32,000 bases of DNA from Candidatus Heimdallarchaeota archaeon B3_Heim. Its GTDB lineage: Archaea; Asgardarchaeota; Heimdallarchaeia; Hodarchaeales; Hodarchaeaceae. The notes beneath the pieces are model-generated. The model was not told the DNA's origin and ran no database searches. It saw nothing but the letters and a program-made list of their open reading frames with translations. Location of the stretch: NCBI GenBank assembly GCA_003144275.1, contig NJBF01000012.1, forward strand, positions 30,001 to 62,000, written 5' to 3'. Of this stretch, positions 9,548-18,669 are shown piece by piece (within the stretch, counting starts at the first letter, position 1; each line of letters opens with the position of its first letter). The position numbers and the translations under genes are program-made.

Positions 9548-11203
9548 TTACTCTAGAAGACAAAGTCTCTCTCCTAGTTCCTGAATTAAAACTCTCTCAT
9601 TATCCGAATAATCCACTGGGACATCTATCAGATGTACTCCTGGAGTATTGAGCTTCTGTTTTAACACCACATGTAAATCATCTTCAGGCTGGAGTTTGTA
9701 ACCAGTTGCACCATAACTCTCCGCATATTTGCAAAAATCGGGATTAGAGAAACCTAATCCGAAGTTTGTAAACCCCATTGCACTCTGTTTCCACTTTATC
9801 ATCCCGTACGCACTATCATTTAAGATTAAAATAACTAAATCGAGTTTCATGCGCACTGCAGTTTCAAGCTCTTGAGAATTCATCATAAATCCCCCATCCC
9901 CCAAAATAGCCATTATTCTTTTAGTAGGATGAACTAATTTTGCTCCTATAGCGCTAGGTAATCCTGCACCCATGGTTGCCAAAGCATTATCCAAGAGAAC
10001 CGAATTGGGATTATGTGCTTTATAATTTCGTGCAAACCAAATTTTATACACTCCATTATCTAGGCAAATTATTCCGTCAGACGGCATTGCATCGCGGACT
10101 TCGCCTACGATTTTCTGGGGGTAAAGTGGGAAATTTTCAAGGGATTCCCCTTCTGCTATATGGGTTTCTAGGTGGGATTTTACCTGAAGAAAATATTCAA
10201 AATCCCAATCCTGTGGAATTATTTGCTCTTTAATCTGCCAAATGCTATTTGCAATGTCACCAATTACTTCTAATTGGGGAAAATAAACTTCATCGACCGC
10301 AGCAGACAGAAAATTAATATGAATGACTTGAACAGGATTCCGTTCATCCATAATAAATGGAGGTTTTTCCACTACATCGTGTCCAACATTTAGAATGAGA
10401 TCTGCATGATTAATTGCACAATGGATGTAATCTTGGAAAGATAGCGCTGTTGTACCAAGATATTGGGGGTGTCTCTCATCAATAACTCCTTTACCCATTT
10501 GTGTATTAATGAATGGAATTCCTGTTTTATCGACAAATTCCCTTAACATATTTTGGGTTCTCTTGCGGTTAGCTCCGGCTCCAATCACGATAAGTGGACG
10601 TTTTGCTTGTTCTAACATTCTGACAGCGGTTTGAATGGCTTTAATTTCAGCAGTTGGTCTTCGCACTTGACTAACTGGAAAAATTCTACACGAAGTATCT
10701 TCTCGAGCAATATCTTCTGGTAATTCAATATGGACTGCCCCAGGTCTTTCCTCTTCCGCGATTCTAAAAGCTTCCCTCACAATTGCTGGTATAGTGTTTC
10801 CATTAACTATCTGCTTAGTATATTTAGTCAAAGGTTGCATCATATGGACAATATCTACAATTTGAAACTGTCCCTGCTTACTTTGCTTTATCGGTTTCTG
10901 TCCTGTTAGCATCAACATAGGCATTGCACCTAATTGAGCATAAGCTGCTGCAGTGACAAAATTTGTAGCACCTGGGCCTAAAGTGGACAAGCATACCCCA
11001 GTTTTACCTGTTAATCGTCCATACGTCGCAGCCATAAAACCAGCTGCTTGTTCGTGTCGGGTTAGGATCAATGATATACTAGATGTACGGAGTGATTCCA
11101 GAAAATCTAAGTTTTCCTCTCCTGGCACACCGAAGATGTATTTCACTCCTTCGTTTTCCAACGCCTTCACAAGAAGATCTGAAGCTTTCAAGATTATCCC
11201 CAA
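9548..11203 (-). CDS. ThDP-dependent enzyme, acetolactate synthase large-subunit-like
   Basis: IFGVPGEENL, RHEQAAGFMA, LGPGATN, ATMGAG and GDGGFMMNSQELET...LNDSAYGMIKWKQ motifs. True start may be TTG 11191. Confidence 0.9.
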   Translation of the reverse strand: MGIILKASDLLVKALENEGVKYIFGVPGEENLDFLESLRTSSISLILTRHEQAAGFMAATYGRLTGKTGVCLSTLGPGATNFVTAAAYAQLGAMPMLMLTGQKPIKQSKQGQFQIVDIVHMMQPLTKYTKQIVNGNTIPAIVREAFRIAEEERPGAVHIELPEDIAREDTSCRIFPVSQVRRPTAEIKAIQTAVRMLEQAKRPLIVIGAGANRKRTQNMLREFVDKTGIPFINTQMGKGVIDERHPQYLGTTALSFQDYIHCAINHADLILNVGHDVVEKPPFIMDERNPVQVIHINFLSAAVDEVYFPQLEVIGDIANSIWQIKEQIIPQDWDFEYFLQVKSHLETHIAEGESLENFPLYPQKIVGEVRDAMPSDGIICLDNGVYKIWFARNYKAHNPNSVLLDNALATMGAGLPSAIGAKLVHPTKRIMAILGDGGFMMNSQELETAVRMKLDLVILILNDSAYGMIKWKQSAMGFTNFGLGFSNPDFCKYAESYGATGYKLQPEDDLHVVLKQKLNTPGVHLIDVPVDYSDNERVLIQELGERLCLLE

Positions 11204-11421
11204 AATTCTATATGAAGTTTTCTAATAGCGATTCTTAGAACTAGTGAAATAATATTCGTAAAAACTCTTCGAGGATTGGAAAGAGAGAAGTTTCATCAAA
11301 AATGGATACTATTTTTTTAACTACTATTGAGGAACTGTTTGAAATTCTGGGATATATGACTTTTTAAGGCTAGACACTCAGATCCTTGCAAACGCGGATA
11401 TGAATTGGGGATATTATTCGG

Positions 11422-11796
11422 ATGAGTAATGGACTATCTATTGAAAGCACAGGAAACATCATTCTAAGCAAGATACTTGAAATATCTCTTCTTGTCGGAA
11501 TGAGCGTGATTGTATCGTTTATTATTGCTCTGGTAATCGGTTCAGAGGATATAATTACTACCACGATTAATATAGTTGGTATATTCGGGTTAGTTGAGAT
11601 TACATTCGGGTCTTTCTTTGGCATAGGATTCAGTGAAGTGGCATACGCGTCCCGATCCGCAGGAAATCCAATTTACGGTGAAATGTTATTCCGAGATAGG
11701 TTGAATTACCGTTCGAAACAGCTTATGACTGGGTTTAATCTCATCATTTCAGGTGCGATATTACTTCTCTTTTCTGTAATGATGAGCAACATTTAG
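11422..11796 (+). CDS. hypothetical membrane protein (about 3 TM helices)
   Basis: 124-aa ORF with hydrophobic segments filling the intergenic space; no family recognised. Confidence 0.65.
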   Translation: MSNGLSIESTGNIILSKILEISLLVGMSVIVSFIIALVIGSEDIITTTINIVGIFGLVEITFGSFFGIGFSEVAYASRSAGNPIYGEMLFRDRLNYRSKQLMTGFNLIISGAILLLFSVMMSNI

Positions 11797-11808
11797 TCGC
11801 ATTATGAG

Positions 11809-12228
11809 TCATTTTTTCAAATTATCAAGAAATGATCGTAATTGGGCAGTAACTTCAGGTTCTTCCACCAATTCCGTTTTTTGAGCCATAAAAACGATAT
11901 TATCGTTTTCAAATCTTGGTATCACATGGAAGTGGACATGCATGATTTCCTGCATAGCGACTTTTTCATTTGCCTGGTAAACATTTACTCCATCGCATTT
12001 TAAGACTTGTTTAACCGCTTTCGTCACTCGACTGACAGTTGCTCCGACTGCTTTTGCATCCTCAACTTGAATATCGTATAAGGTTTCTGAATGAGCTTTG
12101 GGAATAATTAATGTATGTCCCCGTGCAATAGGGAAGATATCTAAGATAGCTATCGTTTTTTCATCTTCATACAATTTTATACTAGGCATTTCTCCTGCAA
12201 TAATCTTACAAAAGATACATGAATCCAT
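11809..12228 (-). CDS. HIT family protein (HINT-like nucleotide hydrolase)
   Basis: CIFCKII, DIFPIARGHTLIIPK and the histidine triad HVHFHVIPR. GAGGT upstream of ATG. Confidence 0.95.
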   Translation of the reverse strand: MDSCIFCKIIAGEMPSIKLYEDEKTIAILDIFPIARGHTLIIPKAHSETLYDIQVEDAKAVGATVSRVTKAVKQVLKCDGVNVYQANEKVAMQEIMHVHFHVIPRFENDNIVFMAQKTELVEEPEVTAQLRSFLDNLKK

Positions 12229-12292
12229 TTAACATACCTCTTCCGATCGAAAGTAAACCATAAACTATAGAATAATAATATTTTGATCAATA

Positions 12293-12694
12293 TTAAAAAT
12301 AACTTCTGCTTTTGTTATCAGCTTCAATATACATGGTTTTTGATTGTTTATCGGTTGGATCACATTTCAAGACCTTTAACAAGAAAAATTTTGCTAACTC
12401 CCAATTTTTTCTTTGATAATAGAATTTTCCTAGTTCTCTCCACGATTTAACTGATTTAACTCCGCTCTTACTGTCAAGAAGATCAGAATTTTCTGTATTC
12501 GCTTGACCAATTGAAGAGGCACAATAGGGGCATCGTTCAAGCCCAACCATTTTCAAATCCTGTAAACACGAGGCACATATGAAGCGGTGGCAAGTCTTAC
12601 ACTCATAGTTCTCTTTTTGCTCTTCATTATATTCGGTGCAAAGACAACAATATACAGTGCGGTGTTCTTCTCGTGGTGGTAGACGTTCTAACAT
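12293..12694 (-). CDS. RING-like Cys-rich zinc finger with a C-terminal TPR motif
   Basis: Four CxxC pairs (CCLC...CKTC-HRFI-CASC...CPYC). WRELGKFYYQRKNWELAKFFLLKVLKCDP fits the TPR consensus. Confidence 0.75.
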   Translation of the reverse strand: MLERLPPREEHRTVYCCLCTEYNEEQKENYECKTCHRFICASCLQDLKMVGLERCPYCASSIGQANTENSDLLDSKSGVKSVKSWRELGKFYYQRKNWELAKFFLLKVLKCDPTDKQSKTMYIEADNKSRSYF

Positions 12695-12714
12695 CTTAAT
12701 CTGGGATTAAGATG
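12692..12714. repeat. perfect 10-bp inverted repeat CATCTTAATC-TGG-GATTAAGATG overlapping the start codon of 12293-12694
   Basis: Read directly from the sequence. One arm includes the ATG of the minus-strand gene; it lies in a divergent intergenic region. Confidence 0.8.
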
Positions 12715-12820
12715 AACGAAGCCTCAATTAAGGTTTTCTATCTTGGAATTTTTCACGCAAAGAAGTATTTTCATCAAAGACTATCAGGGATTGATGAGGA
12801 TCAGAAGCTTTAAATAGCAC

Positions 12821-14155
12821 ATGAGTTCCTTATTCCAAGAAATAAAACATGGAGAATGGATTATATTGAAACTCGGGGCAATGCAGCCTCTTAAGAAGTA
12901 CAAATTCTTACAAGAACAAGTTTTTGAAGGATTTTGGCCTTTCAGCAGATTTCAATCACCTGCGAACGTCCTTCTTTTACTTCTGGTCTATTTCATCTGG
13001 GGGTTTTGTCTATATCTAATCTATAATATTCCTCTTAGTTTTATGATCGCAGGATCATGTGGCGCCTTCGGATTATTCTTATGGACGATAGGTATTTTTC
13101 GTTATGCGAATGCTTTAAGAAATGTTAAAATTGAGAGAATCAATAAGGTTAATCAAAAATTCTTAATTGGATTCCTTGAAAATCTATTCCATCCTTCATC
13201 CATTGTCCTTGGTGTATTTATATTTACAGCTGTGTTAACATATCTCTTTACCTCTCCCTCACTAGGGACAGATAATTTTCTTACGGAACTCCGATCTGCT
13301 ATGAACGTAGAATCTTTACCCCCTCTTCTTATGTTATTCATTTTCTTATTAATTTTTGATCTCTGTTACAGATTAGGATTATCTCTATATCTAATTCTAA
13401 CTCAAATAAAAAGAAATCTCATTTTGTCTCATTACCTTAATACACCATTATTAAAATCTCATTTTTCTCCTATAGACATTCGAAATTTAGAAAGATCTGA
13501 TCGTATCCATTTTGTATCTATATGTGGAGGGTTCACACTTATCCCTTTAGGGTTATTGGATCCAATCATACTCATTGTTTTACTAATTTATATTAGTACT
13601 ACTTTTATCCTTTCAACAGCAGTACTTATTCATTTACGGTTCATGTATCTTCGAGCTATTCCTGATGGCATAATGAAATTAATTAGATCAGCCAAATTTG
13701 CCCAAGTTGGTACAATCAGATCAGGAAAAAAACCCCATCTTACCCCAACTCTATTTATCTTCAATGGTAGAAATTTTTTTATCGCTACATCAAATAGAAG
13801 TCAAAAAGTTAAGAATCTAAGTAATTTTAATAAGATTGCAATCTTCATTGACTCTCAAAATCAACGTGATTTTACAAAAAATGTAGGACTCTTGACTATT
13901 GGACATGCAAGAATTTATGGCCACAATATAAGAACTGGAATCGGCTATTTTCTTATCTTAGGCTTTCGAATGATCCGTACCTATCTACTATTTCAGTTGA
14001 AGTATCCTCATTATATAAATGAATATTTGAGAGGAACTAAAGACCTACCTCGTGCGTGGCAGGTGTTTCCTATCATAAGTAGAACGATAATTGAAATAAT
14101 ACCAGAGGAATTTTATTTGTCCAAAGCTTCAAGATCGGAATTAATCAAATTTTAG
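12821..14155 (+). CDS. multi-pass membrane protein with C-terminal PNPOx-like (split-barrel, FMN/F420-binding) domain
   Basis: Several hydrophobic helices in the first about 275 aa, then AQVGTIRSGKKPHLTPTLFIFNGRNFFIATSNRSQKVKNL, typical of pyridoxamine-5'-phosphate-oxidase-like proteins. Confidence 0.75.
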   Translation: MSSLFQEIKHGEWIILKLGAMQPLKKYKFLQEQVFEGFWPFSRFQSPANVLLLLLVYFIWGFCLYLIYNIPLSFMIAGSCGAFGLFLWTIGIFRYANALRNVKIERINKVNQKFLIGFLENLFHPSSIVLGVFIFTAVLTYLFTSPSLGTDNFLTELRSAMNVESLPPLLMLFIFLLIFDLCYRLGLSLYLILTQIKRNLILSHYLNTPLLKSHFSPIDIRNLERSDRIHFVSICGGFTLIPLGLLDPIILIVLLIYISTTFILSTAVLIHLRFMYLRAIPDGIMKLIRSAKFAQVGTIRSGKKPHLTPTLFIFNGRNFFIATSNRSQKVKNLSNFNKIAIFIDSQNQRDFTKNVGLLTIGHARIYGHNIRTGIGYFLILGFRMIRTYLLFQLKYPHYINEYLRGTKDLPRAWQVFPIISRTIIEIIPEEFYLSKASRSELIKF

Positions 14156-14172
14156 GGCTGTGAATTTAACCT

Positions 14173-14667
14173 TTGAGAGTGAAATGTAAAATTGATGGGA
14201 AGTGGTGCGACCTTCCAGACACTATTTCACAGTTCTTTCTCAAAAAAGCAATGATATACGTTTGCTCAATGGATCGCTTGAAGAAGCCAATAATTCAATC
14301 AGTTATTTTTGTAAATGAACCTAGCAAATGTACAATCGCATTCATGGCAAAAAAGTCATCTCAGATTGGGAAAAATTTACAGAATAATCCCTATCTAACT
14401 CTTACTCTCGATGAAACCCATTTAAAAGATCCTTTACAGCACGAAGGTATAATGATTGAGACGACAACACGATCTTCTAAGTCTCAAAGTGAAATACAAC
14501 AATGTTATGATGATTTACAAAAAAAGTATGGAATTGATATTACAACAAAAATCTTAGGAATGGAAATAATAACAGATTATATTAAAATACAGGCAACACC
14601 GACAAAGATTATTCACTGGGAAGGCCCGTTCTATCGAAAATTTGTATGTACAAGTAAGAAAGTATGA
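14173..14667 (+). CDS. PNPOx-like split-barrel family protein
   Basis: YVCSMDRLKKPIIQSVIF...KSSQIGKNLQNNPYLTLTLD fits the split-barrel pattern. TTG start 17 bp after the upstream gene. Confidence 0.7.
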   Translation: MRVKCKIDGKWCDLPDTISQFFLKKAMIYVCSMDRLKKPIIQSVIFVNEPSKCTIAFMAKKSSQIGKNLQNNPYLTLTLDETHLKDPLQHEGIMIETTTRSSKSQSEIQQCYDDLQKKYGIDITTKILGMEIITDYIKIQATPTKIIHWEGPFYRKFVCTSKKV

Positions 14668-14703
14668 AATATTGACTTTAAAGTAAATAGTGCTATCAAA
14701 AAG

Positions 14704-15216
14704 GTGTGTAAGCTGAATAACCAAGAAACAAGCCTTCAAATTGGTCATGTCTTAGCAAAGGAGTTTGGAAGGAGTTGGCTGATATTGCGTGAAGCAATGG
14801 AAAATATCTCTGGTAAGGAGTGGAATAATAGAACGAATAATTGGTCTTTTTCAAATACAGTTTATCATATAATTGAAACAGCAGAATATTACCATAGAAA
14901 TACCCCTGAAGGAATGGAATGGGGGAAACGAGCTGGTTTTTCGTGGACAGATGACAGTGAAGAGACAATATTAAGAAAATTGGCAAGTCTTACTAAAAAC
15001 GATTTAATCGAATATCTAGATGAAATTGAGAAGTGTATCTCACAGAGCTTGGAAAAATCTACTAACGAAGACCTTTTCGGCACGGATAGTTTTAACAATG
15101 GTAAGTTGCGAATAATCGAAAAAATGTTGTACCTACTTCGACATAATATGCATCATATTGGAGAACTTAATAAAGTTCTAAGAGACACAGAAAGCAAACG
15201 AATTAAATGGCAATAA
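14704..15216 (+). CDS. DinB/YfiT family four-helix-bundle protein
   Basis: VYHIIET in the N-terminal half and C-terminal LLRHNMHHIGEL (conserved His metal ligands). Start codon uncertain. Confidence 0.85.
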   Translation: MCKLNNQETSLQIGHVLAKEFGRSWLILREAMENISGKEWNNRTNNWSFSNTVYHIIETAEYYHRNTPEGMEWGKRAGFSWTDDSEETILRKLASLTKNDLIEYLDEIEKCISQSLEKSTNEDLFGTDSFNNGKLRIIEKMLYLLRHNMHHIGELNKVLRDTESKRIKWQ

Positions 15217-15253
15217 CGTGTCTAACGGCAGGATCAACTAACACTTGATCTGA

Positions 15254-15697
15254 TTATACTAATTGCAAATCTTCAAACCAATTTCCCATTGACTCGAACC
15301 AATTCTCTAAAAACGTCTTTAATTGAATAAATGTTGGTTTAACAAGCGAATAATGAGTAAAATTACCCCTTTTCCATCCTTGAATTAATTTTAAATTCTC
15401 CAATTTTCTTAAGTCCCTTGAAATTGCAGGTTGCGACTTTTGTAACATAGCTTCAAGTTCACAAGAACAACGATCTTTCTCTCGTAAAGCATTTATAATC
15501 AACAATCTATCAGTATTTCCAAGAACTTCAAAAATACTTTTTATGAAGGGAAACGGTTCTTCCGCTTTCAGTGCTATAGACAATGCTCCCAGATTGTGAT
15601 AATAGTCTTCAGCGTTATCTATCCCCTCACATTTTCCTAATATCTGTACGATACGAGTTTTAAATTGTTCTTCGCCGATTTTGGTCACATAAATCAC
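15254..15697 (-). CDS. arsR: ArsR/SmtB family transcriptional regulator
   Basis: LGNTDRLLII, Cys pair CSCELE in helix 3, HTH SQPAISRDLRKL and wing GWKRGNFTHYSL. Divergent from acr3. Confidence 0.85.
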   Translation of the reverse strand: MIYVTKIGEEQFKTRIVQILGKCEGIDNAEDYYHNLGALSIALKAEEPFPFIKSIFEVLGNTDRLLIINALREKDRCSCELEAMLQKSQPAISRDLRKLENLKLIQGWKRGNFTHYSLVKPTFIQLKTFLENWFESMGNWFEDLQLV

Positions 15698-15820
15698 TAA
15701 TCTGATGGGTTAAACTATTTTAAGAAGCTATATAAAAATTTTTAAATATATATAACAAAAAGTGAATACGTTTTATAAAATTATCTATTTTTAAAATCAA
15801 CAGTAATCTGGTGTTAAACA

Positions 15821-16882
15821 ATGGAAACTCATGATTCAATGGCCATTAAACATGACAAAGAGGAATCAGCACTAAGCTTATTCGAAAAATATCTGGTGGT
15901 TTGGATTCCATTATGTATGCTCGCAGGAATACTCTTATCCCAATATCTACCATGGATTAGTGAGACAATTGATAATATCCAAATAAGAGGAATTTCCATT
16001 CCGATAGGTATTTGCTTATTTCTTATGATGTACCCCGCAGTACTCAATCTCACGAGTTCTGAATTAAGAAAACTCGGTAGAAATCCAAAACCAATAATCC
16101 TCACTCTCTTCTCAAATTGGATAGTCGCACCAATTGTTGGTCTTGTATTAGCGAATTTCTTTCTGGCAGGAAACGACGAACTAATAACTGCAATAATCCT
16201 ACTTAGTGCCAGTCCTTGTACAGCAATGGTATTAGTATGGGGATTAATGGCTGAAGGGAATCAAGAACAAAATGTTGTTAACACAAGTTTGAATACAATT
16301 ACAATAATGGTTCTTTACGCTCCACTTGTTACAATTCTCACTGGAATTCAAAATATCCCTATTGACAGAGTCAGTCTTGCATTATCGGTTATTATGTTCA
16401 TTGGATTACCAATCTTTCTCGGATTGTTAAGTAGAAATTATTTAATTTCACAAAAAGGAGATCTTTGGTTCAATGAGACTTACCGACCGATAATTGGTAA
16501 AGTAGCAATTGTTGCGTTACTAATAACTCTGATTTTATTATTTGCTTTAAATGGTAATACTCTTATTGAAAATCCAGAACTACTCGTCTTAGTTTCGATT
16601 CCATTATTGCTAGGTTTTGTGATAGTTGTTGGGTTTAATATGTTCATTACCCGTATATTCAGGTTACAGTACAAAGAAGCTATTATTACAGTGATCATCG
16701 GATCTTCAAGTCATTTTGAAATAGCAATTGCAACAGCGATTGCCGTGTACGGACTTGGATCAGTAGCTGCTCTAGGTACAACAATGGGATTATTCTGGGA
16801 AATTCCCATCATGCTCAGTATTGTGTATATGGGAAAATATCTTGGAAAAAGAGCTTTTTGGAACACCGAAGCGAAGACATAA
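15821..16882 (+). CDS. acr3: Acr3 family arsenite efflux transporter
   Basis: LFLMMYP, NWIVAP, SPCTAMVLVW, SSHFEIAIATAIAVYG and GLFWEIPIML motifs; about 10 TM helices. Confidence 0.93.
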   Translation: METHDSMAIKHDKEESALSLFEKYLVVWIPLCMLAGILLSQYLPWISETIDNIQIRGISIPIGICLFLMMYPAVLNLTSSELRKLGRNPKPIILTLFSNWIVAPIVGLVLANFFLAGNDELITAIILLSASPCTAMVLVWGLMAEGNQEQNVVNTSLNTITIMVLYAPLVTILTGIQNIPIDRVSLALSVIMFIGLPIFLGLLSRNYLISQKGDLWFNETYRPIIGKVAIVALLITLILLFALNGNTLIENPELLVLVSIPLLLGFVIVVGFNMFITRIFRLQYKEAIITVIIGSSSHFEIAIATAIAVYGLGSVAALGTTMGLFWEIPIMLSIVYMGKYLGKRAFWNTEAKT

Positions 16883-16918
16883 GCTTTTATCACTGTTCTT
16901 TGAGAATGTGGTTAATAT

Positions 16919-17608
16919 TCAAACAGTTTTCTTTATTAAAAATCGAAAATGACCCCATCCCTTTTGTGAAAGGACATTCTCGAGATTATAGGGGGTATCG
17001 AACACCTCATTATAGACTAAACTTTCAATGTGAAAATCTTTGAAGAAATCGAATACATCTTCTATATGGGAGAAAAAATGAGGAATTCCATCCTCCACCC
17101 CACTTTTTATAACAATTGTCTGCTCATCAACAATACGATTACCTTTTTCTCTAAATTGAGATCCCCTATCTTTTGTTAATAGAGTTCCATAGAAAGCTCC
17201 TCCAGGCTTTAGAATACGATACACTTCGGAAATGGTTTTCACAATATCCTTTCTAAATGCATGATATATAACATTAAAACTTACTACTAAATCAAAAGTA
17301 TTATCTGGATGAATATTTTGTGTCATTCGTCCCTGGTTAACATTGGCTGATAAACCAGCTTTTTCTAGCCACATTTTGGTTTCTAGAACGGCTTCTTTTG
17401 AGATGTCGCTCGCATAAACTTGGTATCCCTGAGCCGCGAAAAAAACCGTATGTCTCCCAATTCCACAACCAAGATCATAAACTTTAATTTCAGGATTTTG
17501 ACCCAGTGAAAAGACTAAGCTCATTACAGGACCATCGGGTATTTCCCAACCGCTTTTATCCTTAAGTTCTAACCAGTTCCAGCCCTGTTGTACTGATTTT
17601 TTTTTCAT
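16919..17608 (-). CDS. class I SAM-dependent methyltransferase
   Basis: Motif I VYDLGCGIGRH, ASDIS, FDLVVSFNVIYH and YRILKPGG. ATG 17608 preferred because the longer ORF (to 17665) overlaps the upstream gene. Confidence 0.9.
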   Translation of the reverse strand: MKKKSVQQGWNWLELKDKSGWEIPDGPVMSLVFSLGQNPEIKVYDLGCGIGRHTVFFAAQGYQVYASDISKEAVLETKMWLEKAGLSANVNQGRMTQNIHPDNTFDLVVSFNVIYHAFRKDIVKTISEVYRILKPGGAFYGTLLTKDRGSQFREKGNRIVDEQTIVIKSGVEDGIPHFFSHIEDVFDFFKDFHIESLVYNEVFDTPYNLENVLSQKGWGHFRFLIKKTV

Positions 17609-17627
17609 GCTATGACCACATTCAGAA

Positions 17628-18566
17628 TTATCGGGATATGTTCGTCCGTGAATTCTCCTTCCCACTTGTTTTTGCCCTATTAAATTGTAAGGTAAAAGTA
17701 GAAATAAGCAAAATTACTAGCCCTATCCATTCATTCATCAAAGGCATCTCCTCGAGAAATACCATTGAAAGAAATACAATTTGTGGAAACATCGTTCCAT
17801 TAATAATAGAAATATCCATAGCTCTTATTTTCCGCATAGCATTATTCCACAAAGTAAATGCTAAGGCTGTGTTCACAACTCCCAACCAAAGAATCATGAT
17901 GAAGGACTTTAAAGAAATGGATGGAATTGACTCAAAGCTGAAAGCAAATACTAATAGTAAAATAGATCCAAAACTCATGCTAATAGCTGTAATTAACAAG
18001 GGATGAAGAGAATTTCCACGATTTATTCCCCGACCTATAATTGATGACAGAGCATTTACTACAACTAATCCTAGCCCTACAAGTAACCCTGAGATAGAGA
18101 AAAGTTCAAATTGGAACGGATAGAAGTAATAAAGAATCCCAATTAGGGCGATAAGAAAGAAGAATATTTCAAACCTAGAAGGGAATTCCTGGAGAAAAAA
18201 TAAAGAGAATAAAATGACAACAAATGGAGTAAGATTTAGGAGGAAGGATACAGTTATCGCTGGCAAAAGGGATAAGGCCAAAAACTGCCCTCCTTGTGTA
18301 AAAGTAATGAACACTAAGCCATAAACAAATAACAGTATCCACCATCTCCTACCTTGATTCTTTAGACTATTACGATGAGAAGAATTGATAAAAACCAATG
18401 TGAGAAGCAGAAGGGATCCAACAAGGTAACGAAGTCCCGCAAAATATAAAGGAGGCAATTCATCTAAACCAAATTTAATAATAACCCAAGAACTACTCCA
18501 TAAAACAGTTACGAATAGTGCCTGTAATACTGCGTATACATATTCACGAGAAAACTGATTTTTCAT
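17628..18566 (-). CDS. EamA/DMT family transporter
   Basis: LWSSSWVIIKFGL, PPLYFAGLRY and AFTLWNNAM; two EamA halves, about 10 TM. Confidence 0.9.
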   Translation of the reverse strand: MKNQFSREYVYAVLQALFVTVLWSSSWVIIKFGLDELPPLYFAGLRYLVGSLLLLTLVFINSSHRNSLKNQGRRWWILLFVYGLVFITFTQGGQFLALSLLPAITVSFLLNLTPFVVILFSLFFLQEFPSRFEIFFFLIALIGILYYFYPFQFELFSISGLLVGLGLVVVNALSSIIGRGINRGNSLHPLLITAISMSFGSILLLVFAFSFESIPSISLKSFIMILWLGVVNTALAFTLWNNAMRKIRAMDISIINGTMFPQIVFLSMVFLEEMPLMNEWIGLVILLISTFTLQFNRAKTSGKENSRTNISR

Positions 18567-18669
18567 TCAATCAACCTAAAATACTGATGAATTTCAAGAG
18601 TAACTTCACCAAGGAAGGAGAGGTACTCTGAATTTATGGCAAAAATAAATATAACTGACTGGGGAAGGA

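Noticed and set aside
9548-11203. Biosynthetic ilvB of a branched-chain amino acid operon together with ilvE
   Set aside because: No small subunit, ilvC or ilvD is adjacent, ilvE is 12 kb away, and the local context (aldehyde dehydrogenase, OFOR) points to catabolism.
16919-17608. Arsenite methyltransferase ArsM, given adjacency to acr3
   Set aside because: It lacks the multiple conserved catalytic cysteines of ArsM and is convergent with, not co-oriented to, acr3. Treated as a generic class I methyltransferase.
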